Assembly: GCA_964016885.1 (NCBI GenBank)
Contig: OZ024749.1
Coordinates: forward strand, 5,890,001 to 5,954,000
DNA length: 64,000 bases
DNA from: Eledone cirrhosa
Lineage: Eukaryota
Reading direction: 5' to 3'
Shown here: in pieces, positions 46,521-59,583 of the stretch
How positions within the stretch are numbered: position 1 is the stretch's first letter
Layout of the letters: every line of letters begins with the position of its first letter
Notes under the pieces: model-generated
The model's database searches: none
Told to the model about the DNA's origin: nothing
Seen by the model: only the letters and a program-made list of their open reading frames with translations
Position numbers and translations under genes: made by a program

Positions 46521-47453
46521 CTAGCAGTAAAGCCCGGTGTTGCTCGGGGCTGCTCAGTAGCTGTGTTAAAGTTACAATGTTAAGTTCCTTTCTTGGCTAA
46601 AAAACTGTAGAGTCTACAGTGTAGACTTTCATGTGGTACTTTTGATTAATATTCCCTCAACCAACAGTATGCCTTATGAAGTTAAGAAAATATAAGCCTA
46701 ACCCGAATGTTAAAACAAAAGAGGATGATTGGGATAAAAACTGCACTGGTAATAGTTAATATTAACAAAAATCGAAAATGTAAACACTGCATTACTTGTT
46801 TCAGAGAAAAACATCAGCGTAACCAAACTATCAGTAATATTGAAACAAAGAAATTGGAAGGACATGAAAAAAAAAAAAAATGCGTTATCTGTCTGTCGTT
46901 TAAAATCATTGCTTCTAAATGAAAATCTCATAAGGCTTTATTCGAGATTATATATATAGATCAATGCTTTTTTTACAAACTATTTGCTTGTGTTTCGGTG
47001 TATTCAAATAGGCGGTGTTTTCAAGTAAACAATATTGTTTTAAAAGACTTTTTAATGGAAATGAAGCCAAATGGAAGTTTAATGTTGAAACTGCGAACTC
47101 ATGAATTTTGCAGGTTAAAATTGTGCTGGTACGAAAACTGTTCGCGTATTTTTGTAATTTTGCACGCGTCGTATATTCGTAACGTAAATATTTAGACAGA
47201 ATGACGCCATAACAGGGAAATAACTCGTCTCTCATCTCTATTTATACATTTGAACTGAACAATCAATACATTACAAATTCGATTTTTGCACTTAGCTTGG
47301 GTGGATTTAAACATTTTTTTGACCGATGTCTCCGCCGGACCTTCATCTATATGTGTAGCAGTTTCACCGAAATTTGAACGTACGATTTAGGAGGAGATGT
47401 GTGCCGACCGTTTTAGTAGACAGACAGACACAGACAGACAACCTCAGTTTTAT
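46521..47453 (-). mobile_element. Helitron-like element
   Basis: ctagcagt plus hairpin cccggtgttgctcggg end like 11161; other end cagacagaca..cctcagttttata like 12030-12060. Confidence 0.55.
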
Positions 47454-47466
47454 AACAGGAAGACAG

Positions 47467-47502
47467 TCTCAACGTTTCGGGCGCTAGCCCTTCATCAGAA
47501 GA
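47467..47502 (-). ncRNA. Minimal type I hammerhead motif
   Basis: Minus strand tctt-CTGATGA-agggc-tagc-gccc-GAAA-cg-TT-gaga. Confidence 0.6.
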
Positions 47503-47667
47503 ATGAGAAATAAACTAGATTGAGGGGTCGGGCCGGATGGAATTGGAAATAATGTTTTCAGATAAAAATAACACGTCCATTCATGTTGACATCTCTTGCA
47601 ATATATATATACACAATAAATATATACATACATAAATTCACACACACTCATATATATATATATCAAT

Positions 47668-47805
47668 GATATTAATAAATAGAAAGTATATTTACAAAAC
47701 CATATTTATTCTATTATATATATTTCAAGGGTACCAACAATTCTGAACGCTCTCATCAGATATCAGATAAAATACAAAGTTTGTTTTATAAATATTGACA
47801 TATCT
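47668..47805 (-). mobile_element. Solo arm of the 7296/28193/59400 Penelope terminus family
   Basis: attaataaatagaaagtatatttacaaaaccatatt...ctcatcag...gacat. Confidence 0.65.
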
Positions 47806-47816
47806 AGGAAGGAGAT

Positions 47817-47868
<52 letters not shown>

Positions 47869-48750
47869 GGTGATAGACAGATAGATAGAACCAGAGCAAT
47901 GTGTTTTCTTATTGATTGCAATAGATAATATTTCATAATTAACCACAGTTATTGAGCTACTACTTGAGAGTTACACAAGAGAAAATTAAGCCGTTTCAGT
48001 AGAGTGAAACAATCATTGCCTGCAAGAAAATTGAGACATTTTTATGTTTTCACATTATAATTTACAAGTACTTAAATTTGATCGGTAAATTGTTTTTTGT
48101 TTGAGTAAATTAAGATAACAAGGAATAATTATTACTGGAAAATTTCTGAATACTGTTAGATAAACATGTAATTGGAGCCTATAATTTAAAAAAAATTTTA
48201 TTAAAAGATCAAATAAAACATATTCTTTCAGTTGGAGAGGCAGTTTTCTCTTCTACATCAATACAATCTGACCTACTGGGAGTTACACACCCAGGCCTAT
48301 CACAACTAACTTCTATTTGTATAGATCAGCATGTTGAAGACCTAGGAACAAAGTTATATTATACAGATATGTTTATTGTGTGTTCCAGGAAATATTATAT
48401 AATTGTTTTAATGTATATCAACGTATTGAGTCCAATGTGCTCTCCAAATTGTTCTATCATTTAAAGTCTTCTTGCACCAAAACAAGAAACGCTGATTACC
48501 AAAACAAGATTAATCTCCAAAAAGACTGATACTAATTGTTTGCCTATTAATAATCTTTATAAATGTAAACTGAGCTTTTCGAATATTAATAATAATAGTC
48601 GATTCGTTTGCAATTATGCAAACAGCCACTTTTTACATGCCAATACAAGAGCAAGAATGACGGAGTCATTCTACTGAGATGGCTTTAAAAAGAGGCTGTT
48701 TGCATAATTGCAAACAAATCAAATATTATTTTTAATATTTGAAAAGGGCA

Positions 48751-48932
48751 GTGCATTGGCAGTATCGGTAGAGAGTCGGACACCATACTTTCAAGCATAG
48801 AGTTACGTCCCTTTATGATCTGAGTTCAAATCCCGACGAGGTTAACTTTGCCTTTCATACTTACGGGGTCGATAAAATAAAGTACCAGTAATACACTGGT
48901 AATTGTTGGCCTTGTGCCTAAAGTAGAAACAA
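48751..48932 (+). mobile_element. SINE family 2, inserted into a fold-back element
   Basis: Homology; flanked by duplicated taatatt(t/c)gaaaa. Confidence 0.8.
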
Positions 48933-49464
48933 TTATTAATATTCGAAAAACTCAGATTACATTTATTGTATTCAGCCATGTAGAGCGATAAACTATTTGT
49001 TAGATAATCTTTATAACACTTTATATATATATATCTCATCATCATCATTGTTTAATGTTTATTTTTCCATACTTGCATGGGTTAGAAGGGTCACCCAAGT
49101 TATGAAACAAGAAGTCAGCTGGCTGTGCTACACCTGAATTTTGTATTTTGGCTGGGATTTTTTACAGCTTGATGTCCTTCCTAACGCCAACTACGTTTAC
49201 AGTGTGGAAGTGGGCCGTCCCTTATAAGGGAGGTGAGACCAGTTGGCCATGTTTAAGCTGAGTGTTTACAGTGCTGGATTCACTTCCTATTGCCAACGAT
49301 GTTTACAGTATAAAACGGTGTTGCACCATTACAATGCAAGTCTCACCAAATAGCCTTGTTCATAATGATGTTTTGGGTGGGTGTAGATACAATATATATA
49401 TCACATATGCATATATATATAACATACAATACATAATACACAATATACATATATTTTATTATAT

Positions 49465-49534
<70 letters not shown>

Positions 49535-49809
49535 GGATATATAGATAGATAGATACATCCATATATACAGATATATATTTGTTTTATCGTTGATAGCATT
49601 TTCTCTAGCGAACGCCGCAGATGGGAAACCCTTACGGAACTCATATGTCTGCTGGGCACACAAGCAATAGGACGTGTGTTTTTTCCTGCCAGCAGCATAT
49701 AAAACATATCGAATATCATCTGAGGATACTGTTCTCATAACAACAACAAATGCATGAAGGACTTCTCGATTGCACGGAGAACCGTGGAAATAATTATAAT
49801 CATTAAAAA

Positions 49810-50350
49810 AAAAGTGCAGGGCGATCAAAATTGATGGAAGTTACGTAGTAAGCAGACCCAGAAAATCTGGGACGATTTGATAAATTCTGACTTTACACAC
49901 TTACACCTCTCTAAGGCAATGTTACTGGACCGAGATCTTTGGCGCTACGCAGTAATACAGAAAACCCGCCTTGCCTAAGTACAAAGCGAAACCCACTGTC
50001 AGTAGGCACCTCTTAATCACCACCCCAAATCCCCCACCCCCACCAACACCACGCCTTCTCTGTAAAGTCATGTTGGTACCACAATATCCAGTCCTAAATA
50101 AATGAGGTCGTGTAGGTGTCACGACAAAAGAACACACAGTCCACACTGTAATGTGGCCGTGTAGGTAACACGGTAAAAACCTCCCAGTCGACACTGTAAA
50201 AGTGGTTGGTGTTAGGAAGGGCATCCAGCTATAGAAAACCTTCCAGGCAGTCCTATACGAGCAAGACAACCAATCTTGCCCCAAGTGGGACAATTCCCGT
50301 CTAAACCCATGCTAGCGTGAAAGGTAGACGTTAAACGATGATGATGATGT
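49810..50350 (+). mobile_element. RTE LINE 3' fragment (subfamily of 18660-19230)
   Basis: Direct homology. Confidence 0.85.
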
Positions 50351-50588
50351 TCATGATGATTAAACAATATATGTAACCTCAGCATCTCATTTTGTTATTT
50401 TTATTTATTTACATATATATATATATATACACACAGCATCATCATCATTGTTCTTTTAATGTCCACTTTCCCTGGTAGACCAAGTCAGTACAGAAAGTGA
50501 ATGCACCTGAACCCTTTGTTTGGCCATATTTCTATGGCTGGATGCCCTTCCAATCTTCTATATATATATACACAACACACACACACAC

Positions 50589-50639
<51 letters not shown>

Positions 50640-50648
<9 letters not shown>

Positions 50649-51015
50649 CGTAAAATAAGAAAATTATAAAATTAACTTACTTACTTAAATTTCACTCCCA
50701 ACTAATTAGTTTCTGAAAGGGATTAAACGTACTGTGTCCACGTATTGCCTGGAAACTTAGCTGAGAATAGACTTCCCTGATGACGAAAGGCTTCTCCGTG
50801 CTTTCTTCGGATAGTACGTTTAATCCCTTTCAGAAACTAATTAGTTGGGAGTGAAATTTAAGTAAGTAAGTTAATTTTATAATTTTCTTATTTTACGTCT
50901 CTCATATTATTGTTCTGCTACCCCATGCATTGAACCACATAGTTACTAAGACAAAACCTATATATTTGCTAACATAAGTATGCATCTGTGTGTATATATA
51001 TGTTACTAGATATAC

Positions 51016-51022
<7 letters not shown>
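50640..51022 (+). mobile_element. Fold-back copy of the 531-bp HHR family
   Basis: Arms ~50640-50733 / 50813-50906; HHR at 50771-50852. Confidence 0.8.
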
Positions 51023-51066
<44 letters not shown>

Positions 51067-51469
51067 ATATATATATTAATATATAGATATATATATATCT
51101 GTAAATGTGGTTGGTGTTAGGAAGGGCATCCAGCCATAGAAAACCTCCCAGAAACAGTTCTGTATGAGCGAGACACGGTCTTCCGACCAATCTCGCCTCA
51201 CATGGGACAAAACCGTCCAGCCTATGCTTCCATGGAAGATGGGTGATGATGATGATGATGATGATGATGTATATATCAATAGATACATACATATATGAAT
51301 ATGAAAATGTGATATATATATATAAATGTATATATCACACACATATATATATTGAATAATCATACATTTATTTTTAGAGCGCTGGTAAAAGTGATGTATT
51401 TGTAATTATAGTTTGGCAAGTAAATCTCTCAGAGGGAAAATTATTGTTTTAGCAGAAGAAAGACTTGAA

Positions 51470-52510
51470 GAACAACATCACCACAAACAACAACAACATA
51501 AACAACATCACCACAAACAACAACAACATAAACAACATCACCACAAACAACAACAACATAAACAACATCACCACAAACAACAACAACATAAACAACAACA
51601 ACACAAGCAACATCACCACAAACAACCATAAACAGCATAACCACAAACAACAACATAAACAACATCACCACAAACAACAACAACATAAACAACAACAACA
51701 CAAGCAACATCACCACAAACAACCATAAACAGCATAACCACAAACAACAACATAAACAACAACATAAACAACATCACCACAAACAACAACAACACAAACA
51801 ACATCACCACAAAGAACAACAACATAAACAACAACACCACAAACAACAACAACATAAACAACAACAATACAAGCAACATCACCACAAACAACAACAACAA
51901 CATAAACAACATCACAAACAACATCACCACAAACAACAACATAAACAACAACAACATAAACACTATCACCACAAACAACAGCAACACAAACAACATCACC
52001 ACAAACAACAACAACATAAACAACAACATAAACAACAACAACACAAACAACAGCAACACAAACAACATCACCACAAACAACATCACCACAAACAACATCA
52101 CCACAAACAACAACAACATAAACAACAACAACATAAACAACAACAACACAAACAACAGCAACACAAACAACATCACCACAAACAACATCACCACAAACAA
52201 CAGCAACACAAACAACAACAACACAAACAACATCACCACAAACAACATCACCACAAACAACAGCAACACAAACAACAGCAATATAAACAACATCACCACA
52301 AACAACAACACCACAAACACCATCACCACAAACAACAACAACACAAACAACATCACCACAAACAACATCACCACAAACAACATCACCACAAACAACAGCA
52401 ACACAAACAACAGCAACACAAACAACATCACCACAAACACCATCACCACAAACAACAGCAACACAAACAACAGCAACACAAATAACAGCAACAATACAAA
52501 CACTAACAAA
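51470..52510. repeat. (CAA/CAC)-rich degenerate minisatellite
   Basis: Direct. Confidence 0.9.
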
Positions 52511-53242
52511 TAAACAGGAAAGAAAATACTAAAAGCCATTTCGTTTTCCAGATTTTTAGTGTAATGGCAGTACACATTATTTCTCACCATAGTAGCCCAG
52601 CAGTTAGTATTTTAGTGTTCAATGACACACATCACATATACATACACATGTGCACACATACACCCACGTGCACACATCACACACACACACATGTGCACAC
52701 ACCACACACAGACACATACATATGTGCCCACATCACACACACACATATGCACATGTGCACACATCACACACACATACACATGTACACACACACACATGTG
52801 CACACACACACATACACACATGTGCACACACCCACACACACACACATGTGCACATACACACACACCTAAACCCATACGGGGGCTATAATCACACCTACAC
52901 ACACACCACCACACCAGTACCCTCCCCAAACCTTACACTCTCTCACTTTTTCATATTCTCTGTTTGTTTTATTACCTTTACTTTCCACTTCATATTCCAT
53001 TTTCATTTTATTTTTACCTCTACATTTCTTGTTAACTCCCCATTCACTCCTATTCATAGCCAACCCCCACCACACACACACTCTCTCCTGATGAAGGGCT
53101 TATGCCTGAAATGTCGCAACCGCACCCCCCACAATCACCAAGCGTGAAACTAATAACATTTGTAACATTTACTCCTGTGTTTGTCTGTTTTTTTTGTTTT
53201 CTGTTATTCCGAACTATATTATATATATATCTATCTATATAT

Positions 53243-53428
53243 ATAGATGATATTCTACAGGACTAGAACTGTTTCATTCTTTAGAAATCATCAGGAATCT
53301 CCTGATGATTTCTAAAGAATGAAACAGTTCTAGTCCTGTAGAATCTCATCTATATTAAAATCTTTATACTCTGCAATGTATTGAGTACCTTACTTAGTGT
53401 GGTTACCTCCGACTCAACCCGGAATAAT
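53243..53428 (+). mobile_element. Fold-back element with HHR core plus tail
   Basis: Near-perfect palindrome 53243-53353; CTGATGA at 53302, GAAA-cag...ctg-TA; tail gtattgagtac. Confidence 0.7.
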
Positions 53429-53460
53429 ATATCTATATATATATATATATTGTAATAATA

Positions 53461-53648
53461 ATTGTTTCTACTATTGGCACAAGGCCAGCAATTACCCAAG
53501 TGCATTACTGGTACCTTATTTTATTGACCCCCGTAAGGATGAAAGGCAAAGTTGACCACGGCGGAATTTGAACTCAGATTATAAAGGGCTGTAACACTAT
53601 GCTGCAAAGCATAGCGTCTGACCCTCTACCGATACTGCCAATCCACTG
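53461..53648 (-). mobile_element. SINE family 2
   Basis: Homology. Confidence 0.8.
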
Positions 53649-53883
53649 CCCTGAGGGTGGTGTGTGTGTGTGTATAGTCCCTGTAATATTTATAGTAATA
53701 ATAATAAATGTGAAGACTAAAATCCAAAGAGAGCTCGATAAGGATAAATATATATCAAATATAAAAGAATCATAGAGCAAATATTTATTAAAATAACATT
53801 AAAGTTTAAGCAAATAATCACTGCTTTCACCCTTAACGTTAAGGGTGAAAGCGGCAATTCCTTGCTTAAACTTTAATCTGATA

Positions 53884-53944
<61 letters not shown>

Positions 53945-53947
<3 letters not shown>

Positions 53948-54212
53948 CGGGTGATGTGTTGTTTCCTTGAGCAAGACACTTTATTCACATTGCTCCAGTT
54001 TACTGAGCTGTAGAAATGAGGTGATAGGGGCTGGGGTCCCTATTATTCCACTGTAAAGTGGACGTGTAGGTGCCACGGAAAAAAAGCACCCAGCCCTAAC
54101 TGTAAATGAGGTTGGTGTTAGGAAGGGCATCCAGCTGTAGAAATCAAACCAGAATCATTTCCCGTCCCACCCTTGCAAGCAGGGAGAAGCGGACGTAAAA
54201 TGATGATGATGA

Positions 54213-54215
<3 letters not shown>
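53945..54215 (+). mobile_element. SINE family 1, 5'-truncated, RTE-like tail
   Basis: Homology to 250-632. Confidence 0.75.
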
Positions 54216-54264
<49 letters not shown>

Positions 54265-54357
54265 GGGCTAAACAAGATTCAATGTGTATATCAAAGAATG
54301 AGCTTTACCTTGATTAAATCTTAACCATTTAACATCTCAGGGTATGTCATGTATCAT

Positions 54358-54417
54358 TATATTTTGTCTGATGAGGACGTACTGTTGTACATCCGAAATA
54401 TGTATAATAAAATGTAA
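54358..54417 (+). ncRNA. Type I hammerhead motif
   Basis: tatattttgt-CTGATGA-ggacgtac-tgtt-gtacatcc-GAAA-tatgta-TA-ataaaatgta. Confidence 0.65.
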
Positions 54418-54451
54418 TTGATCAAAAGAACATCTATTTTATTAATATTTG

Positions 54452-54486
<35 letters not shown>

Positions 54487-54488
<2 letters not shown>

Positions 54489-54625
54489 CGAAGAAAGTGT
54501 GGTACAGAACCAGGTGGACCATAACGCACCAGAGTACTCAATACTTATGGTAGTAGAGTGGGTAATATGAAAATGTTCAAGACCCCGACGGCAGAGCTCA
54601 AGCCGTTTCGACGGCAATCTCTGAA
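54487..54625 (-). mobile_element. Short element of the 25252/36208/46305 family
   Basis: Homology. Confidence 0.75.
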
Positions 54626-55300
54626 CTCTATATATATACAGACATACATGGATACAAGGACACACACACACACAGTTGATATAACAGAACAAGTTTTTTT
54701 TTACCTTCCGGACACTAGTCCTTCATCAAAAGATAGAATGAGAAATAAAAAATGAAATAGAAGGAGAGAGAGTGACAAGAGGAAGGAATGAAAAATATGT
54801 TTTGTGAATAAAATAATCTATCATCACCATCATCACTGGTTAACGTCTATCTTCCACGCTACTATATCTATGAAAATATAGTCAGCCCAATGTGATGCAT
54901 GTTTTGATTCCCTGCAGGTATCTCTGTCTATTTTTACCACCAGAAGAGATACTCTACCCATTTATTTCCTCCTGTTATATCTGTCTATGTTGCGGCATCT
55001 ACAATTTCTAACTTTAAATTCCTCAACCTTTCACAAGTCAACAGGATGTTAACATATATATACATATAAGCATGTATATATGAAATCAGTGACTAGAAGT
55101 GCGTTGGCTCCTAGAAGCAATAAGAAGAAATATTACAAAACATTAAATTTTCTCATCATCTTTTAGACTGCCTGTGGTTTCAACAATTTAACTAAAAGGA
55201 CCACGTAAGATAGATAGCTCGTAACCACGGACTAATAAATACCTCTGTTGGTATAATGTTTGGTTTGTTGTCGAAGAAGCAATTCAATTGATAGGCAGAT

Positions 55301-55350
<50 letters not shown>

Positions 55351-55358
<8 letters not shown>

Positions 55359-55817
55359 ATAAATGGAAAACTATATTTATAAAACCATATTTATTTCATT
55401 ATATATATTTCGGGGATATCATATTAACAATATGCTATGCCTTCATCAGACAAAATACAATATAAACAGTTTTATAGATAAATATATTCGACATACCGTA
55501 ATAAACATCAACTTCATTTGAAGAGGTTTACGCTAGCAGTGAAAATACAGAGAGAAAGAAAGAGAGAAAGAAAAGAGGGAAAAAAAAAAGAAAGAAAGAC
55601 AAAACGAAGAAAAGGAAGAAAAAGAAGAAAAAGAAAAAGAAGAAATGCATGGGACAAAATAGAGAGATGGAAAAATAGATAAAGCGAAGAGCTTCATGTA
55701 AAGAGACAGAAAGATATATATATATATAGAGAGAGAGGAAATAGAGATAGATACATATATATATATAGAAAATTAGGTAGTGGGAGGTCATTTTGAGTAA
55801 GTGTATCAATGATACAT

Positions 55818-55848
<31 letters not shown>

Positions 55849-56854
55849 GCTCAAGTATTAATGTAAGGGAGATATATAGAGAGATATAGAGAGATATAGA
55901 GAGAGAAAAAAAAAATTTAAAAATAGCCAGACATATTCGAGGCGTATAAAACCCTATGTTTTAATGTATTAGTATTTATAAAACTTACACTACATTGTAA
56001 ATATCAGTATTCCTGAATGAAACAAGTATTCACAATGTGTGAAAATTCATTATCTTATGTTTAGTTTTAAAAAATTCATATGTTTATGTGACAGCTACAA
56101 ACATCAATGTGAATCCAACTGATTCACTCCGCAAACTTTAAGTTACCGGAAAACATTCTCAATGTGGTATAAAAATTTGAGCGTATTATTATTCTTGCGA
56201 TTACTCTACAAGATTATCTATCAAGCAGAAATAGAGAACAGATTTCAATATACTAATCGAAAATATATATTATATTATAAACAAAGATAACAATAATAAT
56301 AATAATAAGTAAAAATATATAAAAATATAGAATAGAAAACTAAAAAAATATTACGAAAGAATATTACATAATAAAATAAAAATATTGCATATTAAAAATA
56401 CTACGTATTAAAAAATATTACGTATTAAAAATTTACATATAAAAATATTAAAAATAATTAAAAATAAAATAAAAAATAAAAATATTATAGAATACTACAA
56501 TACTAAAAGAATAAAAATAAATAAAAAATAAAAATAAGAATAAAAATAAAAATGAAAATAAAAATAAACCACAAAGAACAACCCTTAAAAGTTAATTGAC
56601 AATATATTGCCAAGTTCATTACAAGACAAAGCCAAAAATTATCTATCAAATCACATCTAGCAAAGAATATCGCAAAAAGATTATGATGTCCAATAATGTC
56701 TACATATGTTCCTATATTTAATATAGAAGTTTATCTAGTGTAAGGTTAATTCAAAAAATTTGGAGCATCGGCTTTTAGGGTAGCTTAAATTTTTCATGAG
56801 GAATGTTTAGATAAAAATAAAAATAAATAAAATAAAATAAACAATAAAAAGAGT
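55351..56854 (-). repeat. Left inverted arm (inverted pLTR/3' UTR)
   Basis: Reverse complement of 58112-59583; mirror ORFs 55528-55809(-) and 59142-59420(+). Confidence 0.95.
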
Positions 56855-56858
56855 TAGA

Positions 56859-57656
56859 TTGATCGCACCTTCAAAATCGGACCTGGGCAAATTAAGCCAA
56901 AACATTCTTGACAGGGTGATACTGCAAATTAAGAACTTGAATTGTGTATCTAACCTGAGCTTGTGGAAGGGAACTGGAGAGGTTGTTGAGTGGTTTAGGC
57001 AAATTAAATATGACAATAATAATAGGTTTATTCAACTTGATATAGCTAACTATTATTCTTCTATTACCCCTAGTCTACTAAATAAGGCACTAAATTACGC
57101 ATTCAAACATACGGACCTAACTAGCAAAGAAATGCATATTATATTATCGGCTAGGAAAACTTTGATAGAATTTAATGATAAATTATGGACCAGAGCAGAT
57201 AGAGATAGCAATTTTGACATAACTATGGGATCTTCCGACTCAGCTCAGGTAACTGACCTTGTGGGCTTATTTTTAATCAATTCGCTACATAGGAAAATAC
57301 CTGGTACTACCGGAGGTTTATATAGGGATGACATGCTTTTACTTATTAATAATAATAACCCTGAACTAAATAGAAAATGTAAACAAATTACAAAATTTTT
57401 TAATTACTTTAACCTTAAAATAGAAATTGAGAACAACCATAGAATAGTCAATTTCCTAGATATAACATTAAATCTCAACACATGTCTCCACTATCCTTTT
57501 CACAAGTTGAATGAAAACTTAAACTATGTCAACTTTAACTCTAACCACCCCAGATCTGTCAGAAACACTATAGTAAACTCAGTCCAAAAACGTATCTCTA
57601 GGATCTCGTCGAATAGAAAGATTTTTGACGAAAAGGCCCTGCAACTGCTTAGTTAA
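56859..57656 (+). CDS. Penelope-like reverse transcriptase (5'-truncated)
   Basis: RLIAPSKSDLGK, FIQLDIANYYSSI, ITMGS, GLYRDDML, VNFLDITL, YVNFNSNHP. Confidence 0.9.
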   Translation: MIAPSKSDLGKLSQNILDRVILQIKNLNCVSNLSLWKGTGEVVEWFRQIKYDNNNRFIQLDIANYYSSITPSLLNKALNYAFKHTDLTSKEMHIILSARKTLIEFNDKLWTRADRDSNFDITMGSSDSAQVTDLVGLFLINSLHRKIPGTTGGLYRDDMLLLINNNNPELNRKCKQITKFFNYFNLKIEIENNHRIVNFLDITLNLNTCLHYPFHKLNENLNYVNFNSNHPRSVRNTIVNSVQKRISRISSNRKIFDEKALQLLS

Positions 57657-58032
57657 AAATATAGTATACAATTGTAATGTTAATACTGACTCTAATTCTT
57701 TTAACTACGTCGGTTCCACATCGACGGAATTTAAACTTCGCTATAATAACCACAAGAATTATTTCACAGATCCAAATAAAAAATCTTCAACGGCACTATC
57801 AGGGGTACTCTGGCAACTTAAGCTAGATAACGTTAGATATTCGACGGCTTGGAATATAGTCTCAAGAGGGATTCCTTTTAATTCATCCTCTGAGACATGT
57901 GACCTCTGCGCAGAGGAGATATTCTTTATACTAAAATCTAAAAATTCCCTTAACCTACGGACAAATTTATTCAGTTGTTGCAAACATAGATTAAACTCAA
58001 CGTTTAAATATAAATTTAAATTTAAAATGTAG
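57625..58032 (+). CDS. GIY-YIG endonuclease domain (frameshifted from RT)
   Basis: CNC, NIVY...YVGST, FKLRYNNH, TALS, CDLCAEE, LNLRT, CKH. Confidence 0.85.
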   Translation: MTKRPCNCLVKNIVYNCNVNTDSNSFNYVGSTSTEFKLRYNNHKNYFTDPNKKSSTALSGVLWQLKLDNVRYSTAWNIVSRGIPFNSSSETCDLCAEEIFFILKSKNSLNLRTNLFSCCKHRLNSTFKYKFKFKM

Positions 58033-58111
58033 TATATTTAGTTTGATTTATATTTATATGAGAACTAGCCGATAAATCTTTTGATTCCTAAATCTTTGAT
58101 TCCCTCTTTTT

Positions 58112-59098
58112 ACTCTTTTTATTGTTTATTTTATTTTATTTATTTTTATTTTTATCTAAACATTCCTCATGAAAAATTTAAGCTACCCTAAAAGCCGATG
58201 CTCCAAATTTTTTGAATTAACCTTACACTAGATAAACTTCTATATTAAATATAGGAACATATGTAGACATTATTGGACATCATAATCTTTTTGCGATATT
58301 CTTTGCTAGATGTGATTTGATAGATAATTTTTGGCTTTGTCTTGTAATGAACTTGCCAATATATTGTCAATTAACTTTTAAGGGTTGTTCTTTGTGGTTT
58401 ATTTTTATTTTCATTTTTATTTTTATTCTTATTTTTATTTATTTTTATTCTTTTAGTATTGTAGTATTCTATAATATTTTTATTTTTTATTTTATTTTTT
58501 ATTATTTTTAATATTTTTATATGTAAATTTTTAATACGTAATATTTTTTAATACGTAGTATTTTTAATATGCAATATTTTTATTTTATTATGTAATATTC
58601 TTTCGTAATATTTTTTTAGTTTTCTATTCTATATTTTTATATATTTTTACTTATTATTATTATTATTGTTATCTTTGTTTATAATATAATATATATTTTC
58701 GATTAGTATATTGAAATCTGTTCTCTATTTCTGCTTGATAGATAATCTTGTAGAGTAATCGCAAGAATAATAATACGCTCAAATTTTTATACCACATTGA
58801 GAATGTTTTCCGGTAACTTAAAGTTTGCGGAGTGAATCAGTTGGATTCACATTGATGTTTGTAGCTGTCACATAAACATGAATTTTTTAAAACTAAACAT
58901 AAGATAATGAATTTTCACACATTGTGAATACTTGTTTCATTCAGGAATACTGATATTTACAATGTAGTGTAAGTTTTATAAATACTAATACATTAAAACA
59001 TAGGGTTTTATACGCCTCGAATATGTCTGGCTATTTTTAAATTTTTTTTTTCTCTCTCTATATCTCTCTATATATCTCCCTTACATTAATACTTGAGC

Positions 59099-59133
<35 letters not shown>

Positions 59134-59583
59134 ATGTATCATTGATACACTTACTCAAAATGACCTCCCACTACCTAATTTTCTATATATATATATGTAT
59201 CTATCTCTATTTCCTCTCTCTCTATATATATATATATCTTTCTGTCTCTTTACATGAAGCTCTTCGCTTTATCTATTTTTCCATCTCTCTATTTTGTCCC
59301 ATGCATTTCTTCTTTTTCTTCCTTTTCTTCGTTTTGTCTTTCTTTCTTTTTTTTCCCTCTTTTCTTTCTCTCTTTCTTTCTCTCTGTATTTTCACTGCTA
59401 GCGTAAACCTCTTCAAATGAAGTTGATGTTTATTACGGTATGTCGAATATATTTATCTATAAAACTGTTTATATTGTATTTTGTCTGATGAAGGCATAGC
59501 ATATTGTTAATATGATATCCCCGAAATATATATAATGAAATAAATATGGTTTTATAAATATAGTTTTCCATTTATTTAATATT
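58112..59583 (+). repeat. Right arm (3' UTR/pLTR)
   Basis: See left arm. Confidence 0.95.
59477..59542 (+). ncRNA. Type I hammerhead motif in the Penelope terminus (mirror copy ~55392-55457, minus strand)
   Basis: tattttgt-CTGATGA-stem II-GAAA-tatata-TA-atgaaata. Confidence 0.6.

Noticed and set aside
47950-48560. Possible decayed Penelope RT on the minus strand (also 62380-62900)
   Set aside because: Only faint motif traces (W..YVD; SF.DI); needs blastx to support.
51413-52590. Q/H/N-rich and hydrophobic ORFs
   Set aside because: CAA-rich simple repeat with no splice or codon evidence.
55351-59583. DNA transposon/Polinton with long TIRs
   Set aside because: The cargo is RT + GIY-YIG, the ends are asymmetric (tail on one side only), and there is no transposase or integrase.
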